Part shown: in pieces, positions 28,370 through 36,472 of the stretch
Position numbering within the stretch: the first letter of the stretch is position 1
How the letters are laid out: every line of letters starts with the position of its first letter
From: an uncultured Candidatus Entotheonella sp.
GTDB taxonomy: Bacteria; Tectomicrobia; Entotheonellia; Entotheonellales; Entotheonellaceae
Assembly: GCA_965217185.1 (NCBI GenBank)
Contig: OZ244252.1
Span: 1,280,001-1,344,000, forward strand
Length of the DNA: 64,000 bases
Direction: 5' to 3'
Translations under genes and position numbers: made by a program
Notes under the pieces: generated by a model
The model's input: the letters and a program-made list of their open reading frames with translations, nothing else
Database searches by the model: none
What the model was told of the DNA's origin: nothing

Positions 28370-30622
28370 ATGTGGGAAATGCTTTCCTACCCATTCTTCC
28401 AGTCGGCGCTCATCGCCGGAACGTTGTCGGCGGCCATGTGTGCCCTGGTGGGGGTGTACGTCCTGCTCAAGCGCGTTGTGTTCGTCGGCATTACACTGGC
28501 CCAGCTTGCTTCACTGGGCGTGGCGGTGGCTTTGCTCATCGACGTACACCCGATGATCATGGCCCTGGTAACGACCTTGACGGGTGTGGCCTGTTTTGCA
28601 TTGACCCGTACCGGCCAACGCGTTCCGCAGGAAGGGGTGATCGGTGCCAGCTACGTGATGGCGGCGGCGTTGGGCATCATTTGCGTGGCCAAAAATCCCA
28701 CGGGCGAGGCGCGCAATCTGAAGGTGCTGTTCGGCAACATCCTGTCCGTTCACACGGGGGAGATGGTCGCCCTCGCCGTGCTTTTGGCGGTGATAGCCAT
28801 CGTACACGTGGTTTTCTACAAGGAGTTCCTGTTCGTATCTTTCGACCCGGAAACCGCCCAGGCTCAGGGAATCAACGTACGCGGGTGGGACCTTCTGCTG
28901 TACCTCACCATCGGTCTGGCGATCGCGTTTTCCATTCACTCAATGGGGGTGTTACTCGTGTTTGCACTGCTGCTTGTTCCGGCCATGACGGCGCGCCTTG
29001 TGGCTCACAGGATGATGGCTTTGTTTGCCCTGGCCATTGGTTTCGGGGTTGTCGCAGTTCCGCTCGGTCTGTATTTGGCCGTACGTATTGACCTGCCGAC
29101 CGGCACTGCGGTGGCCGGCACGTGCGTGGTCATGCTGCTCGCCGTCCTGACGGGTCGCGGTTTGTATCGCAATGCTGCACGCTTGGCGGCGGGGGCTGCG
29201 GTGCTGCTGTTGGCATTTGGCTTGGCGATGCCGGGTTCCGTTTCCGCCCAGGATACGGAGGTTGAACAGCGCCTGCAGGAGTTGCAGCATGAAATACAAG
29301 ACCTGCGTAATAGCCTGCGTGGTCAGCAGTTACGGCTACCGGGCGGCTTGCTGCTCAACCCGGAAATGCGCGTCGAAGGCAACTTCCAAGGCAATCGAGG
29401 CTGGGGCTTGCAACGAAACGCCGAGTACGAGGGTTTCCCCAACAATCGCTTCAATATCCGTGAGGTCGAACTCGGCTTCCGGGCCTCGGTGGACCCCTTC
29501 ACGGTTCTGGAAACGGTTATCAGCGCCCAGCGTCTGGTCGAAATCGAATTTGAGGACGGGGAAGAGGAATTGCCCCGCGAACTCGATTCCGAAGTGGAAT
29601 TCGAGGAGGCGCACCTGACCTTTGCGCGGCTGCCGCTGCGCTTGCGCGGCAAGTTGGGTCTCATGCGCACCAGCTTCGGTGAGTACAACGACGATGACCC
29701 CGATGAGTTCCCGCAAATCGACCCGCCAAACGTTATCGTGCATCTCTATGGCGAGGAAGGCGAGGGCTGGAAGGAACCCGGCCTCAACCTGAACTACCAG
29801 TTCGCCAGCCCGTTTTCCGAACGCATGACGCACGTCATCTGGTTTGGGCTCTACAGCGGCGAAAATGGGACTGCCTTTCACGGCGGGCAGCTTGACAAGC
29901 CGGTTTGGTTCACGCGGGCTGAGTTGTTCTACGAAGTGGCGCCGCGGGCAGGTCTGGAACTCGGCCTCAGTTTTGCTGCCGGGAAGCGCTTCGAATGCTT
30001 GGAACCCGGTGAACCCCTGGAATGTTTTGGGGGCGACGATGACGATGATAATGGAGATGGCGACGGCCACGCCGTGAATGGCAACGGCGATGACGACAAT
30101 GGAGACAATGACGGCCACGCCATGAATGGCAATGATGACGACGACGATAATGGTGACGATGACGGTGTCGAAAGGCTCGCTGAGGAATTCGATACCATGC
30201 TCATGAACGTCCACTTCGAGTTCGATTGGCGCCCGCCGTTGTACAGCCTGGAGCACAGTTTCGGCTTCTTGAGCGAAGTCTTTTATTCCAGGGTGGAGCG
30301 CATGGACGGCACGCTGAATCAGTGGGGTGGCTACGCGCTGTTTCAGTACGGCATCAATGCCAATTTGGCCCTTGGCGCCCGACTCGATGTGGCTGAATGC
30401 CCCGGGTTTTCTTCGTCGTTGTGTGCCGTAATGAAAAGCGACACACCCATTGAGGACCGCTCCGAATGGGCCTTCTCACCCATCCTCACCTACAACCCGA
30501 GCCCCTATCTGACACTGCGGGCGCAATACAAGCACACCCAGCGAAATTATGCCGAGGATTCCCAAGAGTTCCTTCTGCAGGCGCTGTTCATCATCGGCTA
30601 CGAGCGTCCGGACGTTTTCTAG
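28370..30622 (+). CDS. ZnuB-type permease fused to an acidic outer-membrane beta-barrel-like domain
   Basis: Permease (FVGITLAQLASLG, LFGNIL, SFDPETA), then a signal-like segment, coiled coil and barrel strands ending in Phe; no stop codon between them. Confidence 0.8.
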   Translation: MWEMLSYPFFQSALIAGTLSAAMCALVGVYVLLKRVVFVGITLAQLASLGVAVALLIDVHPMIMALVTTLTGVACFALTRTGQRVPQEGVIGASYVMAAALGIICVAKNPTGEARNLKVLFGNILSVHTGEMVALAVLLAVIAIVHVVFYKEFLFVSFDPETAQAQGINVRGWDLLLYLTIGLAIAFSIHSMGVLLVFALLLVPAMTARLVAHRMMALFALAIGFGVVAVPLGLYLAVRIDLPTGTAVAGTCVVMLLAVLTGRGLYRNAARLAAGAAVLLLAFGLAMPGSVSAQDTEVEQRLQELQHEIQDLRNSLRGQQLRLPGGLLLNPEMRVEGNFQGNRGWGLQRNAEYEGFPNNRFNIREVELGFRASVDPFTVLETVISAQRLVEIEFEDGEEELPRELDSEVEFEEAHLTFARLPLRLRGKLGLMRTSFGEYNDDDPDEFPQIDPPNVIVHLYGEEGEGWKEPGLNLNYQFASPFSERMTHVIWFGLYSGENGTAFHGGQLDKPVWFTRAELFYEVAPRAGLELGLSFAAGKRFECLEPGEPLECFGGDDDDDNGDGDGHAVNGNGDDDNGDNDGHAMNGNDDDDDNGDDDGVERLAEEFDTMLMNVHFEFDWRPPLYSLEHSFGFLSEVFYSRVERMDGTLNQWGGYALFQYGINANLALGARLDVAECPGFSSSLCAVMKSDTPIEDRSEWAFSPILTYNPSPYLTLRAQYKHTQRNYAEDSQEFLLQALFIIGYERPDVF
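30029..30166 (+). repeat. Asp-rich 48-nt (16-aa) tandem repeat inside the barrel domain
   Basis: DDDNGDGDGHAVNGNG / DDDNGDNDGHAMNGND / DDDDNGDDDG; GACGGCCACGCC at 30062 and 30110. Confidence 0.85.
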
Positions 30623-30634
30623 GAGGAAGCACCA

Positions 30635-31597
30635 GTGACCACGATTTCTACAACTATGCGTTCGGCAGTGCTGGGTGCTCTGACCCTGGCATTCGTGTTG
30701 ACCTCCGGTGGTTGGGCCGCTGAGCACGGGCAGTCCGCGTTCCTGGTCGGGAGCACCACCGACTTTACCGCCATTGCCAAGGAGATCGGTGGGGACCGGG
30801 TGCAGGTCTACGCGCCGCTTCCCGGATACCAGGAGCCCGAGTTGTATATCGAAGAGGTGTTTCCGTCCTGGATCATCCAGGCGTCGCGGGCCGATGGCTA
30901 TATCCGCATCGGGCTTTTCGCCGATGTGTGGGCGGACGCTCTGATGATTGATGCGCGCAACCCACTCATCTATCCCGGCGCGCCAGGGCACGTTGACGCC
31001 TCCCAGGGCATCCACGTGCTGGAAGTCCCGACCGGCCCGGTGGACCGTTCTCGGGGCGAGATTCACCTGCAAGGCAATCCGCATTACTTGCTGGATCCGC
31101 TAAACGCCAAGATCGTTGCCGACAGCATCCTGCGGGCATTGGTGGCTATTTCGCCGGAGGAAGAGGATTTCTTCACGGCTAATGCTGAGGATTTCAAAAG
31201 CCGTATCGACGAGGCCATGGTGCGTTGGCAGGAAATGGCTGCGCCCCTGCGGGGCAAGAAACTGGCAGCGTATCATCGCACGTGGTCCTACTTGCTGAAG
31301 CGTTTCGGCCTGGAGATCGTGGGTTACGTGGAGCCCAAGCCGGGCATCGCGCCGTCGCCGCTGGAACTACGCAATCTGGTGAACGCGATGGTGCGGCAGA
31401 ACGTTCGGCTCATCGTCCACGCGCCGGTTTATCACCCGCGCACGCCGCGCGCCGTGGCCCGCCAGGTGGTAGCTCAAATTGGCGAGCCCGTCACGGTGCT
31501 GAAGCTGCCCGCGCATGTCGGCGGGGTGCCCGAAGCGGACAATTTTTTCGCCCTCTTTGACTACCTCCTGACGACGTTGAACGAGGTCCTGAATTAA
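30635..31597 (+). CDS. ZnuA/TroA-family metal-binding periplasmic protein
   Basis: Signal peptide; IAKEIGGDRV, GEIHLQGNPHYLLDP, YHRTWSY, EPKPGIAPS. Confidence 0.9.
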   Translation: MTTISTTMRSAVLGALTLAFVLTSGGWAAEHGQSAFLVGSTTDFTAIAKEIGGDRVQVYAPLPGYQEPELYIEEVFPSWIIQASRADGYIRIGLFADVWADALMIDARNPLIYPGAPGHVDASQGIHVLEVPTGPVDRSRGEIHLQGNPHYLLDPLNAKIVADSILRALVAISPEEEDFFTANAEDFKSRIDEAMVRWQEMAAPLRGKKLAAYHRTWSYLLKRFGLEIVGYVEPKPGIAPSPLELRNLVNAMVRQNVRLIVHAPVYHPRTPRAVARQVVAQIGEPVTVLKLPAHVGGVPEADNFFALFDYLLTTLNEVLN

Positions 31598-31682
31598 GAT
31601 AGGCTTGCCCCTGCTGATCGGGAGGGTTCCTCCATTGATCGGCGGGGCCTACTTTATCTCAACCAACATAGGAAGGTTAGAC

Positions 31683-32495
31683 ATGCGTATCACCGCACGG
31701 AGTTTCGTGCCGCTGGGCGTAGCCCTTGGGCTGCTTTTTTGCGCCGCCACGGTTGCTGCCCTCGAAATTCGGCTCATCTATGTGGGCAGCACGGACGAGT
31801 CGGCGTGGCTCGGCGTATTGCAGGGTCAGCATGAGGCCAACATCCAGGGGCGTTTTCTTGACCAGACCTACGCCGTGAAAGCGATGACGCCGGAGGCGTT
31901 TTCGCAGTCGGAGCCGCAAGCCGCTGCGATTGTCGCAGCGGGCGACGCCTCAGCGCTGCAGAGCCTGAGCGAGGCGATGCACGGCGTCGCCGTGTTTAAC
32001 GTGACGGCTGACGACGACGCCCTGCGCCAAGCTTGTACCACGAATCTGTTGCACGTCCCGCCCAGCAACGCCATGAAGGCCGATGCCGCGGCGCAGTGGC
32101 TGCAGAAAAACCCCGACGCCAGCGTGCAGGCGCGTGCCTGGCATCCCAAATTCGTCAAGTATGCCGCCCGCGACCTGAACAAACGCTTCCTGAAGGTTCA
32201 GGGCATCGCCATGGACGACGACGCCTGGGCCGGCTGGGCTGCGGTGCGCATGATCGCCGAGGCCGTCATACGGACGCAGTCTACTGAACCTTCAGCCTTG
32301 CTTGCGTTTATGAAGACTGAGATTGCCTTCGATGGGCAAAAGGGTATTCCCCATACCTTCCGTGATACCGGCCAATTGCGTCAGCGGCTGCTCATTGTCG
32401 ACGAGGCCGGCAAGCTGACCGGCGAAGCCCCGGTGCGGGGCGTGGCCGACACGACGGATCTTGACAGTCTCGGTGTGCCTTCGTGTCAGCAGTGA
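31683..32495 (+). CDS. PQQ-alcohol-dehydrogenase-associated ABC substrate-binding protein (PedA1-like)
   Basis: EANIQGRFL, AWHPKF, AARDLNKRF, FDGQKG, GQLRQ, C-terminal LDSLG..SC. Confidence 0.75.
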   Translation: MRITARSFVPLGVALGLLFCAATVAALEIRLIYVGSTDESAWLGVLQGQHEANIQGRFLDQTYAVKAMTPEAFSQSEPQAAAIVAAGDASALQSLSEAMHGVAVFNVTADDDALRQACTTNLLHVPPSNAMKADAAAQWLQKNPDASVQARAWHPKFVKYAARDLNKRFLKVQGIAMDDDAWAGWAAVRMIAEAVIRTQSTEPSALLAFMKTEIAFDGQKGIPHTFRDTGQLRQRLLIVDEAGKLTGEAPVRGVADTTDLDSLGVPSCQQ

Positions 32496-32569
32496 AATAC
32501 CCATTTTGTGATAATTGCCGAGTCCTCACAGGCCACGTGACAGTGACGAAATGGGTCCCAGGGTTCTGC

Positions 32570-32669
32570 TGTCATCCCGGCGAAAGCCGGGGTCCAGAAG
32601 GTTTTCTGACGGTTCAAGAGCCTGCCCCGCAACGAAGGTCGCTGGATCCCGCTTTTGCGGGAATGACGG
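32570..32669. repeat. REP doublet
   Basis: GTCATCCCGGCGAAAGCCGGGGTCCAG...CTGGATCCCGCTTTTGCGGGAATGAC. Confidence 0.75.
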
Positions 32670-32727
32670 TTCGCGTTTAAGAATGACGTTTTGGGCAGTT
32701 TGACAACCTTTTTTCATAAGGAAGGAC

Positions 32728-33693
32728 ATGACGTTTATGCGACCGATAGCTTTTGCAATGCTGGTGTTTCTCACCTTGGCCGTCGGGACTGCCGCCGCTG
32801 AACCGACCTACCGTGTTTTTGTCACCAATGAGCGCGATGATTCCGTATCGGTCATTGACAGCCGCACCAACGAGGTGGAAGCCACCATCGACGTCGGCGA
32901 CCGTCCGCGTGGCATCGGCTTCTCTCCTGACCGAGCGTACGTTTATGTGGCGCTGGGCGAGGAAAACGCCATCGGCGTCATCGACGCGCGCACTCTCGAG
33001 GTCGTCAAGAAGGTATCGGCAGGCTCCGACCCCGAGGCGTTCGCCGTGCATCCGAACGGCAATATCTATCTGTCCAACGAGGACGCCAACCTTGCCACGG
33101 TCCTGAACCCGGTCTCCGGGGAAATCCTGGCCGAGATTCCGGTCGGCATCGAGCCGGAAGGCGTGGGTGTGTCGCCGGATGGCTCACGGGTCATGGTGAC
33201 CAGCGAGAGCACCTTCATGGTGCACGTCATTGCGGTGCCGGAGCACGAAGTGGTGGCCAACGTGCTGGTGGGCGCCCGGCCCCGGGAGGTGACGTTTTCG
33301 GCGGATGGCAAGTGGGCGTACGTGACCAGTGAGATCAGCGGCCAAGTGAGCAAGATCGACGTGGCGGCCAATACCGTGGTGCAGCAGGCGCGGCTGGACG
33401 TCCCCAAGGCCAAGCCCAAAGGCGTGGTGGTCAGCCCGGACCAGAAAACCCTCTACGTCTCCACCGGCAGCGGCAACATGATCGCGGCGCTGAACGCTGA
33501 AACGCTGGAGTTGCTAGGCACTGTCAAGGTTGGCAAGCGGGTGTGGGGCATTGCGCTAACGCGGGACGGCTCCCGGTTGTACACTTGCAATGGCGTGGAT
33601 GACACGGTGTCGGTGGTGGATACCGCCAGCCTCACGGTCGCCGCCACCATCCAGGTGGGCACGGCGCCCTGGGGTGTGGTCATTGATGACTGA
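32728..33693 (+). CDS. YVTN beta-propeller protein, PQQ-catabolism associated (PedA2-like)
   Basis: Signal peptide; FVTNE, VGDRPRGI, VGIEPEG, VGARPR, VGKRVWG repeats. Confidence 0.85.
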   Translation: MTFMRPIAFAMLVFLTLAVGTAAAEPTYRVFVTNERDDSVSVIDSRTNEVEATIDVGDRPRGIGFSPDRAYVYVALGEENAIGVIDARTLEVVKKVSAGSDPEAFAVHPNGNIYLSNEDANLATVLNPVSGEILAEIPVGIEPEGVGVSPDGSRVMVTSESTFMVHVIAVPEHEVVANVLVGARPREVTFSADGKWAYVTSEISGQVSKIDVAANTVVQQARLDVPKAKPKGVVVSPDQKTLYVSTGSGNMIAALNAETLELLGTVKVGKRVWGIALTRDGSRLYTCNGVDDTVSVVDTASLTVAATIQVGTAPWGVVIDD

Positions 33694-33715
33694 TTGAAGA
33701 AAGCCCTGGCCCAAA

Positions 33716-33763
33716 CAAAAGGCGGGGTAGCAGAGAGTGCCCTCTTCTGCTACCCCGCCTTTT
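33716..33763. terminator. Bidirectional intrinsic terminator
   Basis: AAAAGGCGGGGTAGCAGA...TCTGCTACCCCGCCTTTT between convergent genes. Confidence 0.8.
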
Positions 33764-33783
33764 CTGCGTTTGTGGCCTGACGA

Positions 33784-34242
33784 TCAGGAATTGTCGTGAC
33801 GGGTGATCTTGGCCCGCAACTCCTCGGCCAAGGCGGCGTCGAGCCCCTCCAGGATGGCCAGATGCGACTTGGCTTCCGAAACCTTGCCGACCGTCAACAA
33901 CGCCTCGCCCATGTACTCATGCGCCTCGGCCAAGTCCGGCTGCAGGTCGAGGGCCTTCCGGTACAACTGGATGGCGCGCTCGTACTGGCCCATGCGACGG
34001 AAGGAGTAGGCCATGTTCGTATAGGCCATGGCGTGGGTCGGGTCCGCCGCGATCACTTTTTCGAAGGCCTCGATAGCCTGCAGAAATCTGCCGGCCTTCA
34101 GGAGGTCATAGCCAATTTCGTAGTCCGTCGGCTGCCCCAGGGGATCCAGCGCGCTGCCTTCGGCCATGCCCTCATCGGCGAGGGTCAGGCCCGGGACCAC
34201 GAGGAGGAAACCACACATCAGTGCGAGACATACCTGCCGCAT
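33784..34242 (-). CDS. Secreted TPR protein
   Basis: Signal peptide; AYTNMAY, YRKALDLQPDLAEAHEYMGE. Confidence 0.8.
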   Translation of the reverse strand: MRQVCLALMCGFLLVVPGLTLADEGMAEGSALDPLGQPTDYEIGYDLLKAGRFLQAIEAFEKVIAADPTHAMAYTNMAYSFRRMGQYERAIQLYRKALDLQPDLAEAHEYMGEALLTVGKVSEAKSHLAILEGLDAALAEELRAKITRHDNS

Positions 34243-34274
34243 CGTACCGTCTCCCCTCTCTTCAAAACGCCGCA

Positions 34275-35432
34275 TCAGGATCTGTCCTCGCTCCAGGGCG
34301 GCGTGTACGAAACCCCGTATTCCGACATCAGATCGGGAACCCGCTGTTCTGCGGCCAGTTCGCTGAGAACGGCGTTCAGCGTTTCGCGCAGGTCATAATC
34401 ATTCTTGCGCACCGCAATGGCGACGTTCCACAGCAGGTTCGGGTCAGATACGTACCCTTGCACCGGCTCCACGGTGCTATCGGGGCGATTCTTGAGCCAC
34501 CAATCCATTTCCAGTGCGGGCACCAGGGCCACTTCCAAATCCCCCTTCTGCACGGCCTGCAGGGCGTCGTGGCTTGATGCAAACGGTCGGCAGGAATAGC
34601 CTGCTTGGAGAAGGATCTTCTCCCCCTGCGACTTCAGCGGCACCGCCGTCGTTTTATCGGCCAACTGCATTACGTCCTGCACCTCGGATGCCTGCTGGCT
34701 ACGCACCAAGGTATAACCAGTGCCGAAATAGGGTTCCGTCAGAATCACGCGGTCAATGGGCTCTTGCTGAACCGGCACACCCATGAACATGTCACAATGC
34801 TTTTGGACCAAGGACATACTCAGGGCGCCCAGCACGCCGCGGCGTGACTTGGCCCAGACATACTGCGTCTTCAGCCCCATGCGGCCGGCAATTTCCTCCG
34901 CGAGCGCGACGTCAAAGCCGCCGGGGGAACTCTTGTCGGAGGCCGGCAACTGATTCGGCATGGCGCAGACGGTGAGAACGCCCTTCTCCCTCGCATCGTA
35001 GAGGGCGCCCTTATACTCGGTGCGCAGGTAGGCGATGATGGACCAGATGTCCATGGGCTGGACGCGCGCGCCAAAAGCCCCCATCGGGGTGCCCGGCCGA
35101 CCGGCGACAATGGTTGCAAAAACGTCGGTGTCCGCGCCGCCCCATGTCCAGACTGCATCCTGCAGATTGGGACCTTTGGCGCCCTTGCCGCGAGTGCCGT
35201 GGCAAATTGAGCAATAACGATGGAACAGTTTGTAGCCTTTTTCGATTGCTTCCAGGTTGCCATGCAGAGGGTTGGTGAAATTCTGCGCCTCAACGGCCAC
35301 GGGGGTGGACAAGAACAGCCCAAGCATCCCCGCGCAAAGCAGAGCGCCCAGGCTCCCCGCGGTGAGACCCCAACGCATGATCATGGATGCCAGATGCCCC
35401 GGCCCTTTCTTTCCAGAAACCCGCTGCCTCAT
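34275..35432 (-). CDS. Cytochrome c - XoxJ/MxaJ-like substrate-binding protein fusion
   Basis: NPL...CSICH...GPNL...PMGAF cytochrome domain, then LTVCAMPNQLP, GFDVALA, CDMFMGVP, TEPYF. Confidence 0.85.
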   Translation of the reverse strand: MRQRVSGKKGPGHLASMIMRWGLTAGSLGALLCAGMLGLFLSTPVAVEAQNFTNPLHGNLEAIEKGYKLFHRYCSICHGTRGKGAKGPNLQDAVWTWGGADTDVFATIVAGRPGTPMGAFGARVQPMDIWSIIAYLRTEYKGALYDAREKGVLTVCAMPNQLPASDKSSPGGFDVALAEEIAGRMGLKTQYVWAKSRRGVLGALSMSLVQKHCDMFMGVPVQQEPIDRVILTEPYFGTGYTLVRSQQASEVQDVMQLADKTTAVPLKSQGEKILLQAGYSCRPFASSHDALQAVQKGDLEVALVPALEMDWWLKNRPDSTVEPVQGYVSDPNLLWNVAIAVRKNDYDLRETLNAVLSELAAEQRVPDLMSEYGVSYTPPWSEDRS

Positions 35433-35568
35433 ATCCAGACTCCCTCCTGTGCATTAGATGTGGTCTTCGACGTTCTCGACTGTAGCATGCTTGCTCTGCC
35501 AAGGTTCCCCTGCAAGCCAGCGCCTTTTACAGGAGTCGGCCGGGGGTGTCAAGAGCAGACGCCGCCTG

Positions 35569-36171
35569 TCAGATGGTACGCTTGAAGCCAACTTTGCCGA
35601 TGAACTTCCCGGCCACCATCAGGGCGCCGTCAACTGTTTTGAGCGGCAGGATGGGAAGGCGCTTGGGCGTTGGCCCGCCGACCACCGTCGCCATGTTCGT
35701 CGGGTCGTATTCCGAGTAGTGACACGGGCACTTGACGGTTCGCGTCGCTTTCATCCACAGGGCCACCGGACAACCGGCATGCGTGCAGACGGCCGAATAC
35801 GCAACAATCCCGTCTGCCGAATGGGGCCGGGTGGATTCGGCGATCTCCTCGGGCTTGAAGCGCACCAGCATAACCTGATTGAGGCGCGAGCCGTTGCGCA
35901 CCACCTTGCTGACCGGCTCGATCGCGTAGGCCAAAACCTGCGGCCCGCCCAGCGGGATGTCCTCCGGCGCTATAATTTCGCCCTTTTTGTCGCCTTGCGT
36001 GAAGACAAACTGATCGTTCTCCTGCGGGCGCATTTTGCGGGGTTCTTTGCTGCGCGCCGCGGCCAGTTTCCAGCCACTCAAAGCAAATCCTGCACCCATC
36101 AGCATTTTCAGCAGCATCCGGCGTCCCAACAGTCGTTTTACCCATAAGCCGGTTCGGCGTATTTCTGCCAC
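35569..36171 (-). CDS. Tat-exported Rieske [2Fe-2S] protein
   Basis: GRRMLLK signal; CTHAGC and CPCHYS. Confidence 0.9.
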   Translation of the reverse strand: MAEIRRTGLWVKRLLGRRMLLKMLMGAGFALSGWKLAAARSKEPRKMRPQENDQFVFTQGDKKGEIIAPEDIPLGGPQVLAYAIEPVSKVVRNGSRLNQVMLVRFKPEEIAESTRPHSADGIVAYSAVCTHAGCPVALWMKATRTVKCPCHYSEYDPTNMATVVGGPTPKRLPILPLKTVDGALMVAGKFIGKVGFKRTI

Positions 36172-36400
36172 GCGTGACTCCTCAGATTTTGCGGTTTGCG
36201 ATGATGCCTCAGACAGGGCCTTTCGGCACCATGGAAGGCGACCCGAACTCTCATGGCTACAACAAAGTCGTTATACCTGTCAAGCCCCAAAGTCCGCGTG
36301 TAAATCGTGATTAGTGGATAGTGGCCAGTGTAAAATCGGAGTCGTTATGCCGGGCTCCTACACAGTTCAAGATTGATTAGCGCCATACAAGGTTACCGTA

Positions 36401-36430
36401 GCGCCATTCCGGCGCATGCCGGAATCCAGT
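36401..36430. repeat. REP-like palindrome
   Basis: GCCATTCCGGCGCATGCCGGAATCCAG. Confidence 0.55.
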
Positions 36431-36472
36431 GACCTCTAGCCCAGGAAAACCTCGGCGTGACGGCCCGGCGGC

